Assembly (NCBI GenBank): GCA_963630875.1
Contig: CAVGOI010000006.1
Coordinates: 2,531-66,530 of the forward strand
Source: Mycobacteriaceae bacterium
Lineage (GTDB): Bacteria; Bacteroidota; Bacteroidia; Bacteroidales; Paludibacteraceae
DNA length: 64,000 bases
Reading direction: 5' to 3'
A program made the position numbers and the translations under genes. The notes below the pieces were generated by a model. The model worked only from the letters and a program-made list of their open reading frames with translations, did not search any database and was not told the origin of the DNA. This document shows positions 19,810-27,601 of the stretch, piece by piece. The first letter of the stretch is position 1. The number at the start of each line of letters is the position of its first letter.

Positions 19810-20832
19810 TTACAATTTATTACTAAACAAACGAAGCAGTTTGCGCTGTGACAGCAAGAACCTTAGCAAGCGATACTTGGCGGGAGAGATGGCGATAGTT
19901 CCCCCTGTAAACTCACAATACGAACCGCCAAAACTACGCTTGAACGCATACACCCCATAAGCAGGATGGTCTTTGTCGGGCGATACGGGGACGCCCCCCA
20001 TATCGAAGCACGCCACTCCGTTCTCGTTATAGTAGCACAAGGCACGCCATAGCAAAAAGGCAGAACAACAGTACTTGCGGTTTAGTTCGTAATCACTGCC
20101 TCCCGAATAATAGTACACCGTGTCGCCCCCTTGCAGCATCAGTGCCACAGCGGCTACCCGGCTCTCTGCTTTCGCCACAAACAGCGTTGCTTTGGGGTCG
20201 GCAAACTTGGCGGCAAAGAAATCATCCGATTTGAGCAACATAGAGGCTTGCGCATGGTTGTGAATGGCGTGCTGTTGTGTGGCTTGGCGCAATCGTTGAA
20301 AGTCCAATAGATACGGCATAGCCTCTGCTCCCCGATACACCTCCACCACGACACCGTTTTTTTCTGCTTTGCGTATGCAGTTGCGTTGTTTTGATTCCAC
20401 CAACTGCCACAACTGCTCCTCCGTGGTATGCAAGTCGGTGCAGAATGTGGCTTCTTTTGTCGGGCTATCTATAGGCAAAGCGTTTCCCCGCACCCAATGG
20501 GTGAGATTGAGCATTGTGATATGCGAACGCTGCGCATACGCACGCACCGCAACGAGCAGTGGCGCGGCACATTGGCTTTCCCATTCCGTAGTCGCAAAGA
20601 CGGGATAACTATCGAAATAGACCGACTTGGCTATTAGGCGCACGAGTGGGACATTTCCACGCAGCGTGCCGACCCATCCGCCCACGACTTGCTCTCCGTC
20701 AAGCACGACCATACCCCACAACGAAGAGGCATAATGCACCGGCAGCATAGGGTTGCCCCAGCGAGTGGCTTGCACAAGCGAATAGTAAGCGGAATAGTAT
20801 TTCTCCGAAAGCGGAACAATCGACATAGCCAT
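19810..20832 (-). CDS. FemAB-family (aminoacyl-tRNA dependent) transferase-like protein
   Basis: 340 aa, duplicated GNAT-like fold length. The C-terminal region (YYYSGGSDYELNRKYCCSAFLLWRALCYYNENGVACFDMGGV, YAFKRSFGG) resembles the FemX/FemAB 'Y.GaS... fD.gG...gl..FK..FG' signature. Confidence 0.65.
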   Translation of the reverse strand: MAMSIVPLSEKYYSAYYSLVQATRWGNPMLPVHYASSLWGMVVLDGEQVVGGWVGTLRGNVPLVRLIAKSVYFDSYPVFATTEWESQCAAPLLVAVRAYAQRSHITMLNLTHWVRGNALPIDSPTKEATFCTDLHTTEEQLWQLVESKQRNCIRKAEKNGVVVEVYRGAEAMPYLLDFQRLRQATQQHAIHNHAQASMLLKSDDFFAAKFADPKATLFVAKAESRVAAVALMLQGGDTVYYYSGGSDYELNRKYCCSAFLLWRALCYYNENGVACFDMGGVPVSPDKDHPAYGVYAFKRSFGGSYCEFTGGTIAISPAKYRLLRFLLSQRKLLRLFSNKL

Positions 20833-20969
20833 AATTGAGAATCTTAAAAAACGACACTTTTATTTAGACAGGACTTGCTTACGAGTTGGTAACGAGTTCC
20901 TAACGAGTTGGTAACGAATTTTCAGAGACTGGTATAAGACTGCTATAAGAGAGATATAACGATTTCATC

Positions 20970-22058
20970 TTAAAAATTGACACTTTTCGTATATAGTTCA
21001 TAGAGCGTGTCTGCCACTACGGGCGTGGTATAACGGGCGGGCAATGCTGGCGACGACAAATGCCCTACCGCCATGGCTTGGCGCAAACAGTGCGCTACAT
21101 CGGCAGCCTCGTAAGTGCAGAGAAACGCATTCGGCACACCCGCCACGACCTCCCGCACATCGCCCACATCGGTCGATACCACAGGACAGCCACACGCCAC
21201 CGCCTCTTTGATAAACTGCGGGCTCCCCTCCGAGAACGAAGTCAGCAGCGCACAATCACACGCATTATATAGCAGCGGCATCTGCTCACGGGTATAGCCG
21301 AAGAGTTCTAGGAGAACAACACTACGACCACTCCAACCTCTCCTTACCCCTCCAGAGGAGGGGGATTCCGATGCGCTATTAGCCCCCTCTCTGAGGGGGA
21401 AGGGGGAGTCGGGAGCAGGGCTTGTGCTGTATACTATCTCCACCGCTTTCTTTGCCAATGGGTAGTTCTTCACACGGTCGGAGAACTCTTTCGAGAACAA
21501 GATATAGGTAGTATGCTCGTCCCACCCCAATCGCTTGCGGCACGCCGTTCTATCCATAGGGTGGAATGCCTCTGTATCCACCGAGCACGGCACGACTGCC
21601 GCATGACGCACCCGCCCCGCTTTCTGCAGCAGTTGCTCCGAGACAAAGATATTACAATCCGACAACCGCATCGCCAAACGAGATAACCACCTGACCGAAC
21701 CGCTATTCACATCGCTGCCGTGGAAAGTGGAGAATGTCTTAGTTGAGTGTTGAGAGTTGAGAGTTGAGAGAAGTGGAGAGTGGAGAGTTGAGCGTTTGGT
21801 ACAGAGTTTCGTGGTCAACGCTGCCACCAAACAGCACAGACCGCTATGCCCATGCACCATATCGGGGCGATACGAACGCACGGCTTTCGGTATGCCCCAC
21901 AACGCACGGACATACCCCCGCCAACCACCGGCAATCAGGTAGTACTCCACCTCCACCCCTTTGGCACGCAATGCCTGCACCTGCTCATAGATAAAAGGCG
22001 CAACATACTCCGTATACGGAGCATAATACCGACGACTGCAAACGATTAGTACTTTCAT
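20970..22058 (-). CDS. Family 4 (GT-B) glycosyltransferase, paralog 1, with in-frame repeat insertions
   Basis: 362 aa. MKVLIVCS start, VHGHSGLC, TFHGSDV, the EX7E-region SFSEGSPQFIKEAVACGCPVVSTDVGDV, and C-terminus TLYELYTKSVNF. Confidence 0.8.
   Translation of the reverse strand: MKVLIVCSRRYYAPYTEYVAPFIYEQVQALRAKGVEVEYYLIAGGWRGYVRALWGIPKAVRSYRPDMVHGHSGLCCLVAALTTKLCTKRSTLHSPLLSTLNSQHSTKTFSTFHGSDVNSGSVRWLSRLAMRLSDCNIFVSEQLLQKAGRVRHAAVVPCSVDTEAFHPMDRTACRKRLGWDEHTTYILFSKEFSDRVKNYPLAKKAVEIVYSTSPAPDSPFPLREGANSASESPSSGGVRRGWSGRSVVLLELFGYTREQMPLLYNACDCALLTSFSEGSPQFIKEAVACGCPVVSTDVGDVREVVAGVPNAFLCTYEAADVAHCLRQAMAVGHLSSPALPARYTTPVVADTLYELYTKSVNF
21329..21410. repeat. Palindromic element translated in-frame within GT4 paralog 1
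   Basis: Contains two 7-bp stem hairpins, cccctccagaggagggg and ccccctctctgaggggg. The outer arms actccaacctctccttacccctc / gagggggaagggggagt are imperfect complements. Encodes ...DSPFPLREGANSASESPSSGGVRRGW... Confidence 0.7.
21740..21795. repeat. Heptanucleotide array (TTGAGNG/TGGAGAG on + strand) within GT4 paralog 1
   Basis: tag ttgagtg ttgagag ttgagag ttgagag aag tggagag tggagag ttgagcg. Translated as KRSTLHSPLLSTLNSQHSTK just before the TFHGSD motif. Confidence 0.75.
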
Positions 22059-23431
22059 AACACAACTACCCTACTCGACCCAAGCGAGCAGGGAACCAAA
22101 TAGAACGGAAAACGAAACTTAATGCGCGAGGAGTGCCGAATAGATGGCTTGCAGCGTGCGTGCCACTTGCGGATTGGTAAGCCCCTGCGACAACAGACGC
22201 TCCCGTGCTTCGGTACGGAACTCCGAGGCAGCACTTTGCTGCTGCGAATATATGGGGGGGGGGTAAAATTAAGCACCATTCGTAGCAACATAGCGAGTTC
22301 GTGCGGGTCGCGACTGTTCGCCACGGCACAACCGGTAATACGCTCTATGCGTTCCCGCACATCGCCCACATCGACAGACACTATCGGGCACCCACACGCC
22401 ATCGCTTCTTTTATCACTTGCGGACTTCCCTCCTGCCGGCTTGTCAACAGCAAACAATCAGCCGCACACATCAACCGATTAACCGTAGAGCGAGAGAAAC
22501 CACGGAGTTCAATTAGACTCCCTCTCTCCCCCTCAAAGAGGGGGGATTCAGAGCATGCACATGCCCCCACTCTGAGGGGGAAAGAGGAGTCAGAGTTGCG
22601 TTTTGGAAGACATGCTATTACTTCCTCTGCTAATGCAGCGTCTTTGACCGAGTTATCAAAAGCGCCGGCAAAGAGAATAAGACGCCTATTCTGTATCTCG
22701 CTGAATGAATATACCTTACGCTCTTTACCGTCAGAAACAGTACACTGCAAGCTCATCTCTGCCAAGCGCCTGCGTGCCTCCGACCGAGAGAGCAGTTGCT
22801 CCTCCGAAAGCGTTACCCCGCACGGTAGCAGTGAGTAGTTATCGCCTCTATACGCCCAAAGAGCAAACCATTTCCCTTCGGCACGCGCCGTGCGTATGTT
22901 TGCCCTCGATACAAAGATATTCCATGCTGAGAGCCGCATTGCCCACCGCGACAGCCACAGTACACGAGGCGTGTTTATATCGCTCCCGTGGTAAGTGGTG
23001 ATAACTTTAGTTGAGCGTTGAGCGTTGAGCGTTGAGTGCAGTTTAGAGTTGAGAGAAGTTGAGCGTTGAGCGTTGAGCGTTGAGTGCAGTTGAGCGTTGA
23101 GAGTTGAGTGTTGAGTGCAGTTTAGAGAAGTTGAGCGTTGAGCGTTGAGTGTTGAGTGCAGTTTAGAGTGGATAGTGGATAGTTTAGCGTGTATCGTAGC
23201 CAGATTGGCAAGCAGACCGCAGAGCCCGTAGTGTGCATGGACGATATCCGGGCGCTCCGTGCATATAGTTTGCCGCAGGCGAGGTATCTCCCGCAGGTAA
23301 CCACGCACCCCTTTCCCCCGCACGGCATACCGCACGACCTCGTGCGAGAGGTCTTGCAACGCCTGCATTTGCTCCTCCACAAACGGAGCGAAATGCCCAC
23401 CTTTGTCCGCTGCCACTATCAGGATTTTCAT
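22055..23431 (-). CDS. Family 4 (GT-B) glycosyltransferase, paralog 2; C-terminus out of frame at a C10 tract as sequenced
   Basis: MKILIVAADKGG, VHAHYGLCGL, TYHGSDI and SRQEGSPQVIKEAMACGCPIVSVDVGDV. After the poly-C (22254-22263) the listed frame gives a basic, non-protein-like tail that runs into the next gene. The +1C frame ends at 22119 with a paralog-like C-terminus. Confidence 0.75.
   Translation of the reverse strand: MKILIVAADKGGHFAPFVEEQMQALQDLSHEVVRYAVRGKGVRGYLREIPRLRQTICTERPDIVHAHYGLCGLLANLATIHAKLSTIHSKLHSTLNAQRSTSLNCTQHSTLNAQLHSTLNAQRSTSLNSKLHSTLNAQRSTKVITTYHGSDINTPRVLWLSRWAMRLSAWNIFVSRANIRTARAEGKWFALWAYRGDNYSLLPCGVTLSEEQLLSRSEARRRLAEMSLQCTVSDGKERKVYSFSEIQNRRLILFAGAFDNSVKDAALAEEVIACLPKRNSDSSFPLRVGACACSESPLFEGERGSLIELRGFSRSTVNRLMCAADCLLLTSRQEGSPQVIKEAMACGCPIVSVDVGDVRERIERITGCAVANSRDPHELAMLLRMVLNFTPPPYIRSSKVLPRSSVPKHGSVCCRRGLPIRKWHARCKPSIRHSSRIKFRFPFYLVPCSLGSSRVVVL
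22254..22263. repeat. G10 (+ strand) / C10 (coding strand) homopolymer
   Basis: atat-gggggggggg-taaaatt, counted directly. Confidence 0.9.
22516..22591. repeat. Palindromic element translated in-frame within GT4 paralog 2
   Basis: gactccctctctccccctcaaagaggggggattcagagcatgcacatgcccccactctgagggggaaagaggagtc. The terminal arms are near-perfect reverse complements. It sits at the same position in the protein as the element in paralog 1 (...DSSFPLRVGACACSESPLFEGERGS...). Confidence 0.75.
23008..23185. repeat. Roughly 178-nt heptanucleotide array (TTGAGCG/TTGAGTG on + strand; CTCAACG on coding strand) within GT4 paralog 2
   Basis: Runs of 3-4 consecutive ttgagcg units are separated by cagtttagag blocks. 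Three units (21 nt) translate to the 7-aa period LNAQRST, seen three times in the protein. Confidence 0.85.
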
Positions 23432-23545
23432 TGTGCTGCTGTACTCCGCTAACGACGGTTATTTTCTCCATGCTGCCCATTAAAGGGCCATTAAAAGGCT
23501 GCGCATATAATTCCTAACTCCTAATTCCTAATTGTTATTGTTTTG

Positions 23546-25366
23546 TCAGAATGAGAACGAAAAAGCGACAGAGGCGGTGAAGTTGCGCCCCTGATAGAAG
23601 AGCGGGCAGTAAGCATTGAGGTAATCGGTAGCCGTTCCGTAGTACTCACTGCCGATAGCCGTGCCATTAGCCGTCGCCTCCTCCAAAGTATTATCAAAAC
23701 CCCGCGCATGGTTGTACGACAACGAGAGCGTGAGATACATATTGGGGTGCACCTCGTATATCCCGTTCAGACACACCTCGTCGTTACGGAAGATGGCACG
23801 GTCGAAAGGCTTGCGGGCTATGGTTTGCGAAATGCCGCCGTCGGCCCCACCTCCGCGCAAATAAGCATACGCGTTGTATTTGGTATCACCCGTGTAGGAC
23901 AAGCGCAACAGCATACCCCGTATCGGGCGATAGGCAAGTTCCGCATAAATAGACTGCGCATTATCGCCTAAATAATGCCCCATCGTATAGCCGTTACTCT
24001 TCCAAGTAAGCACCTCAACAGAATGGGTGTAACAAGCAATATACGAGCGCATAAACTCACCCCGCAGGCTCAAACCCGTGAGCGGCCAACCCGACCAGTT
24101 GAAACCCACAAGATAGGACACGGGATTATTCTCCGCATTGCTGCTTTTGAGCCGCGAGAGTTTGAACTCGTCCAGATAGAAAGAACCATAGAGTTGGATA
24201 TACCGCCATGGACGGACGGAGAGGGAGGCAAAAGCCTGTGAGTTCTGATTCTCGGTGCGCAGCCCTTTGGTCAGCAAGTGGTCAAGCGACTTATAGAACG
24301 CCACGGGGATAAAATACGCTGCCTGCGGTGTGCGCTCGGCATAGACGATGGAATTGCCAAACGAGAAAGAAAGATAGCGTATGGGCGTGAAAGTGAACAT
24401 ATTGGCTGCCATATACTTGCCAGCAGGGCGGTAATGGCGTTGCGTGGCTCCGGTGGTGGTGTTCTCGACATAGTAATTGGTGGAGTCCGTCACATTGGAC
24501 ACCAACCACGCATGGAAATAGTCAAACTGAAACCAACGGCAGGGTGTGAGTTGCAAAGACACCATCGGCACCGCCGGATTATGCCCCGACAGGATATTCG
24601 ATGCATGGTACGCATCGCCCCACCGGATACTCTCGCGCTGCACGGAAAGGCTGCCCCACCACGCATACAGACTGATACCGCCCTTGGAGTCGGAGAAGTC
24701 GCCACCGTAGTCGGCTTCCTTGTACTGCACACCGGCTATATTGCGCAAGGCAGGTTGTTTCTGCGAAGCCCCGTAGTGGATACGCGCACCGTTCATACGG
24801 TCTTTTTCGGTGGGGAAATAGGTCTTGTTCAGCCAGTTGCCGCTCCACGAGTTGTCGCGCAGCGAACCCCAGATACTGAGGTGGCGGGCAATATCCATCT
24901 GCAGTTCCGCCCCCCACCAGCGTTGGAGGATAGCCCCCTTTTTGCTTGCCGTAATATCGGCACCGAGGATAGGGCGGATACGCATCTTGAACAGGTTGTT
25001 GGGGGTGCGATACGAGAACTGCGGGTCCGCCAGCGAGAGGGAAAAGGTGCTGTGGTCGGTATATTGCACATAATTGCTTACCATCGTATCCCGCTCCAGC
25101 GCTAATTCGTTGCGGTAGAAAGCAAGGTCTTTGCGTTGCCTTGTGTTGAGCAGCGAGTCTGCCTGCTGCGCCTCGTCCAACATCTGCGCCACTTGCAGGC
25201 GCGTGTAGGGGCGTACTGCCGTCTGCGCTGTAATCACGCCGTCGGTAAGGAGTTCGTCCAAATAGTCGTACAGCCGTGTGTAGGTCAACGGGACGGGTAT
25301 GTTCTGTGCCTGCAGGGCAGCACTTGCCAACAGGAAGACAAGGATGTATCGTGTTGTGCGTTTCAT
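23546..25366 (-). CDS. Capsule-assembly Wzi-like outer membrane protein (uncertain)
   Basis: About 606 aa from the ATG at 25366 (MKRTTRYILVFLLASAALQAQ signal). N-terminal helical region LYDYLDELLTDGVI...VRPYTRLQVAQML resembles the Wzi N-terminus, followed by a beta-barrel-like alternating pattern ending in ...FSF. The listed start at 25381 is TTG. Confidence 0.5.
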   Translation of the reverse strand: MKRTTRYILVFLLASAALQAQNIPVPLTYTRLYDYLDELLTDGVITAQTAVRPYTRLQVAQMLDEAQQADSLLNTRQRKDLAFYRNELALERDTMVSNYVQYTDHSTFSLSLADPQFSYRTPNNLFKMRIRPILGADITASKKGAILQRWWGAELQMDIARHLSIWGSLRDNSWSGNWLNKTYFPTEKDRMNGARIHYGASQKQPALRNIAGVQYKEADYGGDFSDSKGGISLYAWWGSLSVQRESIRWGDAYHASNILSGHNPAVPMVSLQLTPCRWFQFDYFHAWLVSNVTDSTNYYVENTTTGATQRHYRPAGKYMAANMFTFTPIRYLSFSFGNSIVYAERTPQAAYFIPVAFYKSLDHLLTKGLRTENQNSQAFASLSVRPWRYIQLYGSFYLDEFKLSRLKSSNAENNPVSYLVGFNWSGWPLTGLSLRGEFMRSYIACYTHSVEVLTWKSNGYTMGHYLGDNAQSIYAELAYRPIRGMLLRLSYTGDTKYNAYAYLRGGGADGGISQTIARKPFDRAIFRNDEVCLNGIYEVHPNMYLTLSLSYNHARGFDNTLEEATANGTAIGSEYYGTATDYLNAYCPLFYQGRNFTASVAFSFSF

Positions 25367-25377
25367 ATTCAATTCGG

Positions 25378-26904
25378 TCAATGGCTATGGGCGTGTTTGA
25401 ATAATATGGTATAGACGATACGCCAGAAATACACAAAGTCCGTGAGCAGTGTACCCCGCTCCTCGCACATCGTGAGATAGCGCATCTCGGACGCTTGTAT
25501 CTCGTCCAAAGTCTTGGGCATATCGGCATAGAAAGGCGGCAGCAATCCGGGCTTATGCTTCACACGCTTGGCTTGCAACTCAGGCGAATAGAGCGAGAAA
25601 TACTGCTGTGAGATAGGGCGCACGCCTACCAGTTTCATATCCCCCTTGAGGAGATTGATGAGCATCGGCCACTCGTCTATCCAGTATTTGCGCATAAAGC
25701 GTCCTAAAGTGGTTACGCGTATATCGTGGCTGAACTTGCCTCCCTCCTGCAAGGCATACCGTTCATAGATATACGACTGCAGGAATTCGGAATACGGGTG
25801 CATGGTTCGGAACTTATAGACGCGGAACATCTTCCCGTTCATCCCCACCCGATTGAGCCGCACCAAGATACCGTACAAGCGTCTTTCGGTGATTTGCGGG
25901 CGGAATTTGCGCCGTGCAATGACATAGTCGAGGTTGCCTATCTTGCGTTCTGTAACAATCTCGAAGCCGCAGTAGCACAGCCGTCCCAGCACCTCCGCCT
26001 TGCTCAGGACGCGGTCTTTGCCTTCCGTGATATCGAAATACAGGCGCGAGGTCATAAACAACTTGGGCAGCACGCGCTTGTACAGGAAGAACAGCGTGTA
26101 ATACAGCCAGTTCAGCACCGGAGGATAGCGTTTGAGTATATCGCGTTTGGTAACCGATTGCGGCTCGTAGCAGCACACCCAAATACCCTCGTCGGGCAAC
26201 TTGTCGTTGACCAAGGTGAACATCTTGTTCACCCCCCGTATTTGGTTGAGCGGTGCAAAGTTCACCAAGGTGTCGAAGCGGTAGTCGGGCAGTTTGGCAA
26301 TGTTGTACAAGTCGGTGGAACGCAGGGTGAAGGTATTCGACGAGTAGAGTTCGATATGTCGTTCCAAGAAAGCAATCAGGCTTTCGGGTGCGAACGAGAG
26401 AATACTCCGGTGCAGGTTCTCGCGGGCTTCGGGCAAGAAGGGTTGCGGCGGATACAGCACCGCCTGTGTGCCGCGCTCGGGTGCCGCAATAGGTTCCTCG
26501 TCGGCATCGGAAGCATACCGGTAGGCATGCTTGGCAATAAGCATCGCCACCGACACCGCCAACATGACGAGCCATATCGTCAGCAGCACCCATATTGAGA
26601 AATTGCTACGGGCGTGCCACCACATATAGGCGTACATGGCAGCGAAAGTAAACAGAGCCGCCATGAGCAATCGCCACAGGTCCTTTCCCATCTTCATGTA
26701 CTTCACCGGTATGTAGCGGTGGCAGCCGTAACTGAACACGAGCCACACACCCGCGAAGACCAAGGCGAAGATATAGTATTTCTGGAACGGGACTTGGGTT
26801 GAGAGCGGGAATAACGCCAGCACAATCAGCACGCTTACCACCAATGCGATGGCATCGGCGATAATGTACTTTCCATAAGGATGATAAACTATGCGTCTTT
26901 TCAT
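25378..26904 (-). CDS. Polyprenyl-phosphate sugar-phosphate transferase (Bac_transf family, priming enzyme)
   Basis: 508 aa with about four N-terminal TM helices. The C-terminal motifs are YKFRTM and IDEWPMLINLLKGDMKLVGVRP. Confidence 0.8.
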   Translation of the reverse strand: MKRRIVYHPYGKYIIADAIALVVSVLIVLALFPLSTQVPFQKYYIFALVFAGVWLVFSYGCHRYIPVKYMKMGKDLWRLLMAALFTFAAMYAYMWWHARSNFSIWVLLTIWLVMLAVSVAMLIAKHAYRYASDADEEPIAAPERGTQAVLYPPQPFLPEARENLHRSILSFAPESLIAFLERHIELYSSNTFTLRSTDLYNIAKLPDYRFDTLVNFAPLNQIRGVNKMFTLVNDKLPDEGIWVCCYEPQSVTKRDILKRYPPVLNWLYYTLFFLYKRVLPKLFMTSRLYFDITEGKDRVLSKAEVLGRLCYCGFEIVTERKIGNLDYVIARRKFRPQITERRLYGILVRLNRVGMNGKMFRVYKFRTMHPYSEFLQSYIYERYALQEGGKFSHDIRVTTLGRFMRKYWIDEWPMLINLLKGDMKLVGVRPISQQYFSLYSPELQAKRVKHKPGLLPPFYADMPKTLDEIQASEMRYLTMCEERGTLLTDFVYFWRIVYTILFKHAHSH

Positions 26905-26919
26905 CCGGTGGGCGCAGGG

Positions 26920-27522
26920 TTACTTCCGTTTGGTGTTGTAGCGACGGTTCAGTCCGGCAACGACCTCGTTGGTAATATCGTATTGGTCGTCCGCCATAAG
27001 GATATTGTCTTTTGCGGTGTTGCTCAGGATGATTTGATAGCGTCCGTCAGCGTTGTAGTGTTGCAGGAACAGGGTCAGCGTGTCTGCCAACTGTTTGTTG
27101 AGGTTTTGGTTTTCAACCATTATCTCGTCGGTGAGTTTGGCTTCGAGGTCTTGCAAATCCTGTTGTTTTTTGAGCAGGCGCTGTTGTTCTTTTTCGGCGC
27201 GTTCACGGCTGAGGAAGGCATTGTTCTCCAACTTGCGTTGGAAATCCGCCATCTCGTTCTGCAAGGAGCGTGCTTTGGTGTTGAGTTTGAGGCGTGCATC
27301 TTCCTGTTTTTGCATGAGTCGCTCGCTGGCGTCCTGCGCAAAGGTATAGTGCAGCAGCAGGCTGTCCACATTCAGATAGGCAACGGGCAGCGTCTCAGCG
27401 GCTACAGCGGTTGCAGACGACCCTACAGCCTCTTTGGCGGGCTTATTGGAAAAGAAAATAGCAAATAATGCCGCTACGGCGGCTACCAAAACTACGTCAA
27501 CGACGATTTGAATTTTGTTCAT
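26920..27522 (-). CDS. OmpH/Skp-family periplasmic chaperone
   Basis: About 200 aa from MNKIQ, with an N-terminal anchor and a long coiled coil rich in Q/K/E/L (LQNEMADFQRKLENNAFLSRERAEKEQQRLLKKQQDLQ). Confidence 0.75.
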   Translation of the reverse strand: MNKIQIVVDVVLVAAVAALFAIFFSNKPAKEAVGSSATAVAAETLPVAYLNVDSLLLHYTFAQDASERLMQKQEDARLKLNTKARSLQNEMADFQRKLENNAFLSRERAEKEQQRLLKKQQDLQDLEAKLTDEIMVENQNLNKQLADTLTLFLQHYNADGRYQIILSNTAKDNILMADDQYDITNEVVAGLNRRYNTKRK

Positions 27523-27601
27523 AGATATACTTTGTTTTATGTACCAATCCATTTATTGTTTTGCGCGGAATATTCGGACAAATCCTTGCGACCTTTGACC
27601 G

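Noticed and set aside
23008-23185. The possibility that the regular short repeats (here and at 29441-29650, 18060-18110 and 42400-42460) are CRISPR arrays.
   Set aside because: The units are 7-12 nt words without unique spacers of 25-40 nt, and there are no cas genes. Several are translated within genes.
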